A DNA stretch of 64,000 nucleotides from a virus: IMG/VR virus record IMGVR_UViG_3300035698_009139; one strand, given 5' to 3'. The notes below the pieces were generated by a model. That model did no database searches and had not been told where the DNA came from. It saw only the letters and a list, made by a program, of their open reading frames with translations. Position 1 is the first letter of the stretch; the number at the start of each line of letters is the position of its first letter. Shown one piece after another: positions 35,663-44,964 of this stretch. The position numbers and the translations under genes are program-made.

Positions 35663-35843
35663 ACATAGGAATAGTTATGGAAGATGCAGAACGGATTAAA
35701 CGGATTAAAGAATGGATCGGGGAATCTTCTTTGGAAGATGTTATCGACACCGCGATGAATCGTCACACAGTCCGCGTCGGCCGCCGCAAACATATCGCCG
35801 CGATAGTACGGGAGGCGTTTGAAATCGTCTCTACTATCAGCGA

Positions 35844-36440
35844 ATGAGATTCATCGGAGACATACACGGCAACTTTATGCAATACTGTGGGATCGCCCAA
35901 CAGGTGGGTCACTCAGTGCAGGTTGGCGACTATGGCGCCGGGTTTTCATATCCGTATCCTGAATTCGATGAAAACAATCACCGATTCATCCGAGGCAATC
36001 ACGATAGTCCGGAGGAGTGCAGGCGACATCCAAATTGGATTAACGATGGTCGCGTTGAAGAAACGATTCACTCCGGCGCAATCATGTATGTGGGTGGTGC
36101 TAGGTCAATTGATCAAGAGTGGCGCACTGAAGGTCACAACTGGTGGCCTGAAGAAGAGCTGTCGATAGCAGAGCTTGGGCGGATGGTCGACAGGTACATC
36201 GACCTGAAACCGGCCGTGATGGTTACACACGATTGCCCAGAAGCAGTTGTTCATCCATTCTTCGGAAGTTTAGCAGTATCAGAAGATACGCGCACCCGGC
36301 AAGCATTTCAGTCGATGTGGGAAGCTCACAAGCCAGATCTTTGGATCTTTGGCCACTGGCATTACGCAGTTGACCAGAAAGTATTAGGTACAAGATTTAT
36401 ATGCCTAGATCAGTTAACATATGTTGACCTCGACTTATAA
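35844..36440 (+). CDS. Calcineurin-like metallophosphoesterase
   Basis: GDIHG, GD, RGNHD, THDCP, FGHWH. Confidence 0.88.
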   Translation: MRFIGDIHGNFMQYCGIAQQVGHSVQVGDYGAGFSYPYPEFDENNHRFIRGNHDSPEECRRHPNWINDGRVEETIHSGAIMYVGGARSIDQEWRTEGHNWWPEEELSIAELGRMVDRYIDLKPAVMVTHDCPEAVVHPFFGSLAVSEDTRTRQAFQSMWEAHKPDLWIFGHWHYAVDQKVLGTRFICLDQLTYVDLDL

Positions 36441-36459
36441 ATCGGGTATGATAATGTAA

Positions 36460-36545
36460 GCCTGTTTGGTGGAATGGAATACGCAGCAGCTTTAAACCCT
36501 GCCGGCCTAACGGCCATGAGAGTTCGAATCTCTCAACGGGCACCA
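36460..36545 (+). tRNA. tRNA-Leu(TAA)
   Basis: TT-TAA-AC loop, long variable arm, ACCA. Confidence 0.88.
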
Positions 36546-36551
36546 ATTTGT

Positions 36552-36627
36552 ATCCCTGTAGTTCAGTGGTAGCAACGTTCCGCTCATAACGGAAATGTCG
36601 GGGGTTCGATTCCCTCCGGGGATACCA
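36552..36627 (+). tRNA. tRNA with CAT anticodon (Ile2 or elongator Met)
   Basis: TTCCG-CTCATAA-CGGAA, ACCA. Confidence 0.85.
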
Positions 36628-36645
36628 ATTTATGATGGAGACTAA

Positions 36646-36874
36646 TATGAAAGATGATTTTCTGACGACGCTGCAAGCAGTGGACTGGGAAGATATGGAT
36701 CTGGATGATTGCAAGGACAAGTTCAAAGAGCTTGCAGCCTTATGGGACTTCCAGGCGAAGCGAGACGAATATTGCCGCGCTGTCGACGGATGCAGAACCA
36801 AGAAGCGAGTGATCTCGTTCATCTGGAGCATCTGCCTTTCCGGCCTGCAGAAGAAGAATACGTACGCACGATGA
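36646..36874 (+). CDS. Hypothetical protein
   Basis: GGAG RBS. Confidence 0.55.
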
Positions 36875-37093
36875 CGCTACAACAATGCCAGCCAATCGTA
36901 GACAAGTTCTGCGGTGACAAAGAAGACTGGCTGGATGCAGTAGAAGCGTTGGGCGTCCGAGGATTTTATTGGAACGGTAACCACAAAGCGTTCCTAGGAT
37001 TACACCACCGAACAAATGCAGTCGTTGCAGTATTTGAAACGAAAGCTGAGTGCGATAAGTGGTGCGAATACGTTAACGATCTATTTGATCATA

Positions 37094-37168
37094 GCCTCTA
37101 AAGCATAAATGGCGATGCGCGGGTTTCGTAAACCTGATAACTCAGTTCGATTCTGGGTGGAGGCACCA
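37094..37168 (+). tRNA. tRNA-Thr(CGT)
   Basis: CGGGT-TTCGTAA-ACCTG, ACCA. Confidence 0.88.
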
Positions 37169-37185
37169 ATTTGAGGAGTTTGATT

Positions 37186-37665
37186 ATGCACTATGCGATG
37201 TATTCAGAGGACTACGATGGAACTGACACCAGCAATTATCGCACCTATAATAGAGGTGATATGTATTTGGCCAGTGCTGATACGTATGATGAGCTGATAG
37301 ATAAACTGGCTATAGAGCAGATTCGATTGAACGAGATTCGCCGAGACCATCCTGGGTCAACCGAATACTATATCAGCACTCACTGGTGTTTTCGAGCGGA
37401 CATTCATGTATCATCTAGTTGCAATGATGGCATTGAATTGTTTGGTGCTGATGTAGGTGTCGAGGGAGCACACCTTGAATCAGACATATATAAGAAGTCG
37501 GCCGCATGGAAGGCTTATTTAGATAAGACTGCCAAAGAAAAGAAAAAGGCCCTGTCAATAAAGAAGGCGGCTAATACCCGCGCCCAGAATAAAAAAGATG
37601 CCGATAGAGAAAATAAGGAACGGAAGTTGCTTGCTGAGCTAAAGGAGCGATATGAAAAGGAATGA
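37186..37665 (+). CDS. Hypothetical protein
   Basis: GAGGAG RBS; charged C-terminal helix. Confidence 0.6.
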   Translation: MHYAMYSEDYDGTDTSNYRTYNRGDMYLASADTYDELIDKLAIEQIRLNEIRRDHPGSTEYYISTHWCFRADIHVSSSCNDGIELFGADVGVEGAHLESDIYKKSAAWKAYLDKTAKEKKKALSIKKAANTRAQNKKDADRENKERKLLAELKERYEKE

Positions 37666-37900
37666 GGAACGCCAACTGGCGATGACTGCATTCGACGCGC
37701 TTCCAATACTGCTCAGAGACAAGATCAATTACTGTTTTGAGAGCCTGCCATATAAATATATATTGGACGTATATGTTTGGTGGCAGGACGGCCAACCCAT
37801 CGGCCGAATAGCAGATGAGATCGATACGATAGCCAGAACTAACACAATTGCGTTTCGAGAAACACAGCGAATCAGAGACATGATACGAAAAAGAAATAAC

Positions 37901-37975
37901 GCTTCCAAAGCATAAGTGGCGATGCAGGGGTTTTGTAATCCTCAGAACTCGGTTCGATTCCGGGTGGGAGCACCA
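37901..37975 (+). tRNA. tRNA-Thr(TGT)
   Basis: TT-TGT-AA loop, ACCA; paralogous to Thr(CGT). Confidence 0.85.
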
Positions 37976-38167
37976 ATTAGGAGAGCACTATGAAGATGTG
38001 TGAAGAATGTGGAGGATCCGGCAGCCTGCTGGTCAGGGTTAAACCCCTGGCAATTGCAGACTGCCCGATATATGCTGGGGTTGTGGTACTTGGCCACCTC
38101 CGGACAGGCCACTGAATTTCACGATTCAGATGCATCCTTTCAAACGAAAGAAGCCAAGGAAAAAGAA

Positions 38168-38244
38168 GCACCCGTAGCTCAGCTGGATAGAGCGCCGCCC
38201 TGCGAAGGCGGAGGCCACAAGTTCGAATCTTGTCGGATGCACCA
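38168..38244 (+). tRNA. tRNA-Arg(GCG)
   Basis: CCGCC-CTGCGAA-GGCGG, Arg-type D-loop with A20, ACCA. Confidence 0.9.
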
Positions 38245-38418
38245 ATTTAGAAAGTGATATTATGACTGATGATGAAGTTGCAATGATTGCGGCACGATTT
38301 TTTATCGATGAATTCGAAAATGATCCAACAGCCGTTGCTGAGTGGGTTGAATCTGCCAACCTCAATGTAGAGGAATTCATCACCCACGCAATAAAGCTTG
38401 CACAGAAATAGATAACAT

Positions 38419-38495
38419 GCGGGCCAGGTAGCACTGGGTCAATGCGTCGCGTTGCCAACGCGAAGAGGTGGGTTCGATTCCCACGGTCCGCGCCA
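38419..38495 (+). tRNA. tRNA-Gly(GCC)
   Basis: TCGCG-TTGCCAA-CGCGA, GCCA. Confidence 0.82.
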
Positions 38496-38545
38496 AAATT
38501 TGAAGTCGCTTGTCCCTATTAATGGGCGGCTCCATAACGAGACTA

Positions 38546-38655
38546 GTTCCATGACCTGTAGGGGGTCGCAAAAGAATTCCGGGCTCATAATCCGGAGATG
38601 CGGGGTTGGTATGCCCGCCGGCGCTTCGGCGTCGTAGTTCAAGGTCTCTAGGAAC
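38546..38655 (+). ncRNA. Permuted initiator-tRNA mimic opened at the D-loop
   Basis: CCGGG-CTCATAA-TCCGG, T-like arm, acceptor capped by TTCG, closed by GACCT/AGGTC and GTTCC/GGAAC. Confidence 0.6.
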
Positions 38656-38658
38656 AAC

Positions 38659-38736
38659 GGATAGGTAGTAGTGTTGGCTATACGAACGGTCTCTTAAACC
38701 GCCTAGGCGTGGGTTCGATTCCCACCCTATCCACCA
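38659..38736 (+). tRNA. tRNA-Lys(CTT)
   Basis: GGATAGG/CCTATCC-ACCA, CT-CTT-AA. Confidence 0.8.
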
Positions 38737-38805
38737 ATTGAACTAACTGTTGTAATCGATTACAAAGTCGTGTATAATTATTACAGCAACTGAGAGGAGG
38801 CACAG

Positions 38806-39369
38806 ATGATCGGATTACGTACACTTGTTCTAAACAACAATTACATCCCCATCAGCATGTACCCCCTTCATCACATCCCAGCAGAGGATGCTATGACACG
38901 CGTATACAATGAAACGTGTTATGTTGTGCTCGAATACGATCGACCAATTTTGACGCAGCAGACAGGCTTAAAATGGCCTAGCGTGATTGCCAGGATAGCC
39001 ACCGACTATGTATCGACGGCCGTTAAGCTCCGGCCCGAATCTCTGTATTACCGAGATCATGGAAAGTGTCAATACTGCCACGAACCTGTTACAGTTAATG
39101 CAATGACATGCGATCACGTTGTCCCTCAATCTCTTGGAGGCCCATTCACTTGGGAAAACATCGTTACAGCATGTTCCAGGTGTAACGGAGCTAAAGGTAA
39201 CCACCGGCCGGAGGGCCGTTGGAAACTTCCGTACAAGCCGAAGAAGCCGACGTATCATCAACTATTGAAGAACCGAAGACAGTTTCCTATTACGGTTGGC
39301 GATATTAATTGGATGCAATTCCTAGGCGACTGGGATGGGCAAGTAAACATTAACGCTGCTGGGGCTTAG
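38806..39369 (+). CDS. HNH endonuclease (McrA-like family)
   Basis: TLVLN, RD..CQYC, TCDHVVP.S.GG..WENIVTACSRCN..KG. Confidence 0.88.
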   Translation: MIGLRTLVLNNNYIPISMYPLHHIPAEDAMTRVYNETCYVVLEYDRPILTQQTGLKWPSVIARIATDYVSTAVKLRPESLYYRDHGKCQYCHEPVTVNAMTCDHVVPQSLGGPFTWENIVTACSRCNGAKGNHRPEGRWKLPYKPKKPTYHQLLKNRRQFPITVGDINWMQFLGDWDGQVNINAAGA

Positions 39370-39391
39370 GTCTCAGTAGCCGGAGTACATT

Positions 39392-40066
39392 ATGTTACAT
39401 AAGCGATTTAGTATGAACAAACTCGGCCGCGACTTTGTCGTTGGCGACCTTCACGGTTGCTTTGGCCAATTGTTGGACGAGCTGAGTAAGATCGAGTTCA
39501 ATGACCGGGCGGATCGGATGTTCTCTGTCGGTGATCTGATTGATCGCGGCAAGGAGAATATCCAATGCGCCGAACTGCTGCACGCACCCTGGTTTTTCTC
39601 AGTCAAAGGCAACCACGAGGACATGTTCGTGGCTGCAATGAATTCAAACGCCGGCACACACGACATGATGATGTATTTTCAAAATGGCGGCAACTGGGTA
39701 TACGATGAGTTGGACAATGCTATCAATGCCCCAGCTGACAAAGCACAGTGGATCGCCGAATTCGTCAGATTGTTTTCACAACTACCGCTGTCAATCACCG
39801 TCCCTACGAGTAACGGACTGGTCGGTATCTGTCATGCACAGCCTCCAGAGGACTGGGAGCAGGTGCAGTTCGAAACAGAAGCTAAGCTGCTATGGGCAAG
39901 ACAAGTTGTCCAAATGACGGCTCCGATCTTTCGCGTCGACAATGTGTGGAAGACGTACCACGGCCATACACCACTCGATGAGAAAAAAGTCGTCGGCAAT
40001 GCACACTTTATTGACACCGGCGCTGTGTTCGATGGTGGTAAGCTGACCGTTGAAAGGATTCACTGA
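39392..40066 (+). CDS. Ser/Thr protein phosphatase (lambda NinI/PrpA-like)
   Basis: GDLHG, GDLIDRG, GNHE, HGHTP, IDTGA. Confidence 0.9.
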   Translation: MLHKRFSMNKLGRDFVVGDLHGCFGQLLDELSKIEFNDRADRMFSVGDLIDRGKENIQCAELLHAPWFFSVKGNHEDMFVAAMNSNAGTHDMMMYFQNGGNWVYDELDNAINAPADKAQWIAEFVRLFSQLPLSITVPTSNGLVGICHAQPPEDWEQVQFETEAKLLWARQVVQMTAPIFRVDNVWKTYHGHTPLDEKKVVGNAHFIDTGAVFDGGKLTVERIH

Positions 40067-40243
40067 TGAAAACCATTGAGGTCACTGATCAGAATGCTAT
40101 ATATGTTGATGGTACCAGAATCACTAACCGTTCGACAAAATGGGGAAGGCATCGAGTCATCTCCTGTTTCAAAGGCCATAACGTAGAAGATGCTCTAAAG
40201 TCTGCCGGCTTCGAGCATCTGCTAAAATTTATAGGAGACTGAT

Positions 40244-40687
40244 ATGTCGCTACATGGTAATGTGATTGATAGCTTCTCCGGCGAAAATCGCTTCCTGAGT
40301 AATTTTCAGCTGTGCAGCGTGACAATGGACGAGGAGTGGTATGGTTCTACTGAGCATGCATACCAGGCCGCGAAGACGCTGGACTTAAATAAACGAAAGA
40401 TATTCCGCGGCTCTACGTCTTGTGGAACCGCAAAACGATTAGGGCAAACTCTTGTGTTGCGTCCCGACTGGGAAGAGGTTAAAATACCTGTGATGAAAGG
40501 ATTGCTCGACCAAAAGTTTTGCATCCCTATTCTCAGGGCGTGTCTGATGGAAACTGGCGATGCTACCCTGATTGAAGGCAACGGCTGGAATGACACATTC
40601 TGGGGCGTATGCAAAGGAAAAGGACACAATCACCTTGGCATCCTGTTGATGCAGGTGCGGGATGAAATTAGAAATATGGATGGTTAA
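40244..40687 (+). CDS. NADAR (YbiA-like) protein
   Basis: FLSNF, TEHAYQAAK, KF, LIEGN.WND.FWG..G.NHLG.LLM.VR. Confidence 0.9.
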   Translation: MSLHGNVIDSFSGENRFLSNFQLCSVTMDEEWYGSTEHAYQAAKTLDLNKRKIFRGSTSCGTAKRLGQTLVLRPDWEEVKIPVMKGLLDQKFCIPILRACLMETGDATLIEGNGWNDTFWGVCKGKGHNHLGILLMQVRDEIRNMDG

Positions 40688-40768
40688 CTAGCCAGGGTGC
40701 TAGACCTGCCTGCTAAGCAGTGGGAGCCTCGGAAGAGGCTTGAGTTTCGAGTACTCAGCCATCCGCCA
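40678..40768 (+). tRNA. tRNA-Ser(GCT)
   Basis: CTGC-CTGCTAA-GCAG, long variable arm, GCCA. Confidence 0.88.
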
Positions 40769-40771
40769 ATT

Positions 40772-40845
40772 AGCCGCTTCGTATAAAGGCATTACTGCTG
40801 GTTCTGAGCCAGTTGATCTGGGTTCGATTCCTAGAGCGGCTTCCA
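40772..40845 (+). tRNA. tRNA-Gln(CTG)
   Basis: GCTGG-TTCTGAG-CCAGT, TCCA. Confidence 0.85.
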
Positions 40846-41037
40846 ATTTGAGGAGTATATTATGGCGAGAGTTGAAATAGGTCTTGAGAGTGATGGATGG
40901 TCAGTATTCATCGACGACGGTGAAGGTAGCGGCCGTTCCTACACTTGGAACCATAACGACGAGGATATGGGTACTTCTGGTATCAAAGCGATGCTAGAAG
41001 ACCTCGGTCACGAAGTGACCGTAGAGGAGTGGATGTG

Positions 41038-41520
41038 ATGATGGGCTACTTTCACGTAGGCTTCACAGGAACCCGCTTCGACCCAGCACCGCTCCAAAAG
41101 ATAGCGCTGATGTCCACTATTAAAAATATGGATCTGGTTTGGGGCTCGGGCGCAGGCAAAGGATATTTTAACGGAAATGATTCCGCACACCGAATATGTT
41201 TTCACCATGGCTGTTGCGTCGGCGCAGATGAATTCGCTCATTATGCAGCAGACTTAGCTGACTGGGCAATTGAATTGCACCCACCAGTCGATGAATCGGA
41301 TATGGTCAAGCCAACCAGTTATGACAATTGTCGCACACCGCTGACATATATGAAACGCAACAAAGCAATTGTTGATGTGGCTAAAATGATGCTAGTGGTT
41401 CCCAACACGATGACGGAACAGCAACGCAGTGGAACATGGGCGACATATCGAATGGCCAAGAAGAAGGGCATCGAACGAGTACTAGTGCTTCCGGACGGAA
41501 CAGTTATTATCGAGCGCTAA
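41038..41520 (+). CDS. SLOG-superfamily (DprA-like) protein
   Basis: VGFTGTR, HGCCVGAD, RNKAIVD, SGTWAT. Confidence 0.65.
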   Translation: MMGYFHVGFTGTRFDPAPLQKIALMSTIKNMDLVWGSGAGKGYFNGNDSAHRICFHHGCCVGADEFAHYAADLADWAIELHPPVDESDMVKPTSYDNCRTPLTYMKRNKAIVDVAKMMLVVPNTMTEQQRSGTWATYRMAKKKGIERVLVLPDGTVIIER

Positions 41521-41541
41521 CAGCAATCAGACAGATGTCGA

Positions 41542-41820
41542 ATGAAAAAATCTAAAGAAAAGAATCAAGCGCTAGCTGACTCTATACGCTGGCCTAAGGA
41601 GCTCTACGTTGTTAGAGGTTTCCGACAACTGCTTGCGCCTAATCGTGAAATGTACTTTGATGAGTATGATGATGCGTACGAGTACTTTGACCTCGTGTGG
41701 ATGACCGACGCACTCGTCACAGACCTATTGATGACAAGGCAGTGGGGCCCCGGCGGATATGATCTTAAAATGTGGCAGATTGTCCGCCGGTCGTTTAGGG
41801 ATGGCGCATTTTACCGTTGA
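41542..41820 (+). CDS. Hypothetical protein
   Basis: + strand ORF within the gene run. Confidence 0.5.
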   Translation: MKKSKEKNQALADSIRWPKELYVVRGFRQLLAPNREMYFDEYDDAYEYFDLVWMTDALVTDLLMTRQWGPGGYDLKMWQIVRRSFRDGAFYR

Positions 41821-41899
41821 CAGGTTTTGATACATTAGAAGTAAGATGCAAGCAATTGGGATGGTCTCAATTGCACATCAATCGATAAGGAGTCTAAAC

Positions 41900-43321
41900 A
41901 TGAGTATCAATCCGGATGGAATGTCCACCCGAGACAGAGAAGAGGCGAGGGTCAAAGATCTGATCCGACGTGTCGCAAAATGGGGGTTTGGAGCCGCGTT
42001 CTTCCTGTTCTTCGTGATGGGATCCTGGTTTACGACCGACGCCGGTTATATCTATGTTGTGCAGGATACGGCCTTTGGCTCGCTGCGCACATACACAACG
42101 CCGGGCGTCCGCTTCAAGGTTCCGTTTTTGACGCAGACCACGGAATACAAGCAAGTCGCAACGATCGGCACCGTTGACAAAAACGACCCGGCCCGTTTCA
42201 CACGGAATATGCCGCTCGTCAATGTCCAGTTTGCTGACACGTACACTGGCGACATTCCTGTCACTTTCCGCTTTAAACTGCCGCTCGGCAGAAAGCAGAT
42301 CCTGCAGATGCATAACGAATTCCGGTCTTTCGGAAATCTCGTTGACAGTTTGCTGGTCAAAAATGCGAAGAACGTCACCGTCGTGACGGCAACCCAATAC
42401 ACTGGTGAAGAATTCTTCCAGGGTGGGGTCAACCAGTATAAGACGCGACTGGAAGATCAGCTTCGTAACGGCCTATATGAGACCAACCGTGAGCAGGTGG
42501 AACAGAAGACCACCGGCTTCGCAGCGGTCTCATCCGAGCAATCGAACGGCAATCTGAAAGAAGAGCAAACGCGGCTCGTCTGGAAGAATGTCATCAAACT
42601 GGATGCGAAAGGCAAAGCGGTTCGCCTGAACAATCCTTTGGATCTGTATGGTATCAATGTCACGCAGGTTACGATCGGCAAGCCAAACCCGGACAAGCGG
42701 CTTGATACGCTACTGGATGATAAACGTCGTCTGGTCGGTAAACGTATCTCCGCTGTTCAGCAGATCGAAACGGCCAAAGCTGAGGCCCGCGCAGTTCAAC
42801 AGACCGTTGAAATCGCGAAGCGGAAAGCTATTCAAATCGCCCAGAAAGACAAAGACCTCGCTGTAATCGCCGGTCAGAAACGGGTCGAAGTTGAACAGCA
42901 GCAGACGCGACTGGAACTTGTCAAGCAGCAGAAAGAAAAGGACGTTGCTGTCATCCAGAAGCTGAAAGAGCAGGAAATTGCACTGGCGAACCGAGGTATT
43001 CAGAAAGCTAATGCTGATGCCGCGATCTTCCAGGCCAGAGCTGTTCTTGCGGTCGGACTTGCAGAAGCGAAGGTTGAGGCTGCAAAGCTGAAAGCGAAGC
43101 AGGATGCTGGTCCGGTGTATATGGCCGAGCTGGCACGTGATAAAGCTCTGTCGCTTCATCGCAATCTGAAGGACTTCCGGGTCCAGATGCCTACCAACTA
43201 CATCAACCAGGGTGGAGCTGGTCAAGGTGGACTGAAATCGAATCTGGATGTGCTCAGCGCATTCGGGGCGATCGGGGTCATGGAAGGCATGAAAGAAGCT
43301 GCGAAACCAGCAACCAAGTAA
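41900..43321 (+). CDS. SPFH/Band 7 domain membrane protein
   Basis: TM helix, SPFH-like domain, Ala/Glu/Gln/Lys coiled coil; AAGGAG RBS. Confidence 0.8.
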   Translation: MSINPDGMSTRDREEARVKDLIRRVAKWGFGAAFFLFFVMGSWFTTDAGYIYVVQDTAFGSLRTYTTPGVRFKVPFLTQTTEYKQVATIGTVDKNDPARFTRNMPLVNVQFADTYTGDIPVTFRFKLPLGRKQILQMHNEFRSFGNLVDSLLVKNAKNVTVVTATQYTGEEFFQGGVNQYKTRLEDQLRNGLYETNREQVEQKTTGFAAVSSEQSNGNLKEEQTRLVWKNVIKLDAKGKAVRLNNPLDLYGINVTQVTIGKPNPDKRLDTLLDDKRRLVGKRISAVQQIETAKAEARAVQQTVEIAKRKAIQIAQKDKDLAVIAGQKRVEVEQQQTRLELVKQQKEKDVAVIQKLKEQEIALANRGIQKANADAAIFQARAVLAVGLAEAKVEAAKLKAKQDAGPVYMAELARDKALSLHRNLKDFRVQMPTNYINQGGAGQGGLKSNLDVLSAFGAIGVMEGMKEAAKPATK

Positions 43322-43337
43322 CGCTGGATAAATCGAT

Positions 43338-43370
43338 AGGGGCCCCCGCTATAGCGGGGGCCCCTTTTTT
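43338..43370 (+). terminator. Intrinsic terminator
   Basis: AGGGGCCCCCGCT-AT-AGCGGGGGCCCCT followed by a T run. Confidence 0.9.
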
Positions 43371-43548
43371 ATGGGGAATCATATGCGTGAACAAATTGCT
43401 AGAATGCTGTGCGAAACGAATGGTATCAATCCGGATGCAGATGGTGTAGGATTAGGAAAATGTATGAAGCTCGGACGACAATACAAACTGTGGGAATTTC
43501 AAGCAGAGCAGTATGTCGATCCAATTCTGAAATATATGAAAGCGCAAG

Positions 43549-43828
43549 ATGAAACGTCTAAAAACATATGATGAGATGGCCACGATGATCGGTGAAGTGG
43601 GCGGCATTGCGACCATGGTTGTGGGCGTTTTCGCGGGTGTTGGATGGCTCATATTGACGTTTGAGATGCTGATCTATATATTGCCGCCAGAAACAACATC
43701 ACCGCCATGGTCCCTTACTGTCACGCAAGCAAATTTATACGGGACAATTGTATTGGGGATTAATGGCAGCAGCGTTCTTCGCTTTCTGCATATACCGAGC
43801 GATTACGACGGAGGCAGAGGATGTTTGA
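43549..43828 (+). pseudogene. Membrane protein, frameshifted near 43768; paralogue of the next gene
   Basis: +1 frame gives AAFFAFCIYRAITTE, matching LLAIFILYKTIVTE of 43821-44093. Confidence 0.55.
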
Positions 43829-44093
43829 AGGTTGTCGAATTCGGACGTCATCCGAAATAGCGAATGTGTTACGCGGCGTTTGGTTCCCGGTTATATCCAT
43901 CTGCTCTATCGCATTCATAGCCGTGTGGTCGCTTGCATTGCTGATATATATGGCTGGGCCGGATCAAAGACCCGCTCCGTTTTGGTTAACGGCAGAGCAA
44001 GCTTATTTATGCGGAACAATTACATTCGCGATTGAGGGTGTCCTATTAGCCATCTTCATACTTTACAAAACAATAGTAACGGAAAGGGACTAA
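43821..44093 (+). CDS. Membrane protein
   Basis: Two TM helices. Confidence 0.6.
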   Translation: MFEGCRIRTSSEIANVLRGVWFPVISICSIAFIAVWSLALLIYMAGPDQRPAPFWLTAEQAYLCGTITFAIEGVLLAIFILYKTIVTERD

Positions 44094-44094
44094 C

Positions 44095-44595
44095 ATGTAC
44101 GACATAATTTGCGACATCGACGGAACAATTGCCGATATCGGACACCGTCTGCACCACATCGAAAACAAGCCGACCAACTGGCCCGAGTTTAACAAACTAT
44201 GCGTTGACGACGCACCAATTTGGCCAACAATCAAAACAGTTGGTGCTATGTGGCGCATGGGTGCTCGTATCATCATGGTCTCGGCGCGCAAAGAGCATCA
44301 GCGTGATATAACCGGCAACTGGATGGAGACATTTGGGATGCATGATGTCAACGATTCATACGCTGAGCCCGCAATGTTCAAACCGGCCATAAAGTTTCTG
44401 TACGAGCGGATGTATATGCGGCCGGACGATAACAATCAGAAGGACGATGAGTTCAAATCGGACACCCTTGTGGATATCATTGCAGACGGTTACCGCCCAT
44501 CTGTTGTGTTCGATGATCGGACCGGCGTAGTTAAGATGTGGCGGGCAAAAGGCCTGTTCGTGTTCGACACAAACCAATCTGGAAAGGAATATTGA
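44095..44595 (+). CDS. HAD-family 3'-phosphatase (PseT phosphatase-domain-like)
   Basis: DIDGTIA, SAR, MRPD..D..FK, FDDR..V.MWR. Confidence 0.85.
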   Translation: MYDIICDIDGTIADIGHRLHHIENKPTNWPEFNKLCVDDAPIWPTIKTVGAMWRMGARIIMVSARKEHQRDITGNWMETFGMHDVNDSYAEPAMFKPAIKFLYERMYMRPDDNNQKDDEFKSDTLVDIIADGYRPSVVFDDRTGVVKMWRAKGLFVFDTNQSGKEY

Positions 44596-44596
44596 T

Positions 44597-44842
44597 ATGA
44601 TCGAGTTTACATCGTTGCACGGCCGCAAGCCGGTACTGTTTACTGATCCACGTGACATCAGCCTGGTACGGCAAGATCCCGTCTCGGGCAGCACAGTGAT
44701 TTTGTTCACTCCGATCAGCGGGGCCCGGGAGGAAATCGAAGTCTTCCAGTCATACACCGTGGTTCGAACAGCCATACAGGAATGGCACCGGCAAGCACAT
44801 GGCGGTGAAGTGGTGACGATCAATATTCCGGAAGACGACTGA
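44597..44842 (+). CDS. Hypothetical protein
   Basis: + strand ORF abutting the upstream gene. Confidence 0.5.
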   Translation: MIEFTSLHGRKPVLFTDPRDISLVRQDPVSGSTVILFTPISGAREEIEVFQSYTVVRTAIQEWHRQAHGGEVVTINIPEDD

Positions 44843-44964
44843 TGGCTGTTGCATCAAGTAGAGCAAAGATTAATAGTTGTCATTTGATTGATGAATGATA
44901 TATAATAGTTATAATAGTATCGATGACAGACATCGGTAATCATAACCAGTAAGGGAGTCTTACT

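Noticed and set aside
37751-37758. TATAAATA inside ORF 37652-37915
   Set aside because: Within coding sequence; may be chance, so not called as a promoter
25317-38657. ORF calls overlapping tRNA/ncRNA genes (e.g. 25323-25715, 26379-26849, 29507-29881, 27703-27897)
   Set aside because: Explained by GC-rich structured RNA; no RBS or protein motifs
25414-40845. Stop-codon reassignment or suppressor tRNAs
   Set aside because: No CTA/TTA/TCA anticodons; core genes are intact in the standard code and all three stops are used
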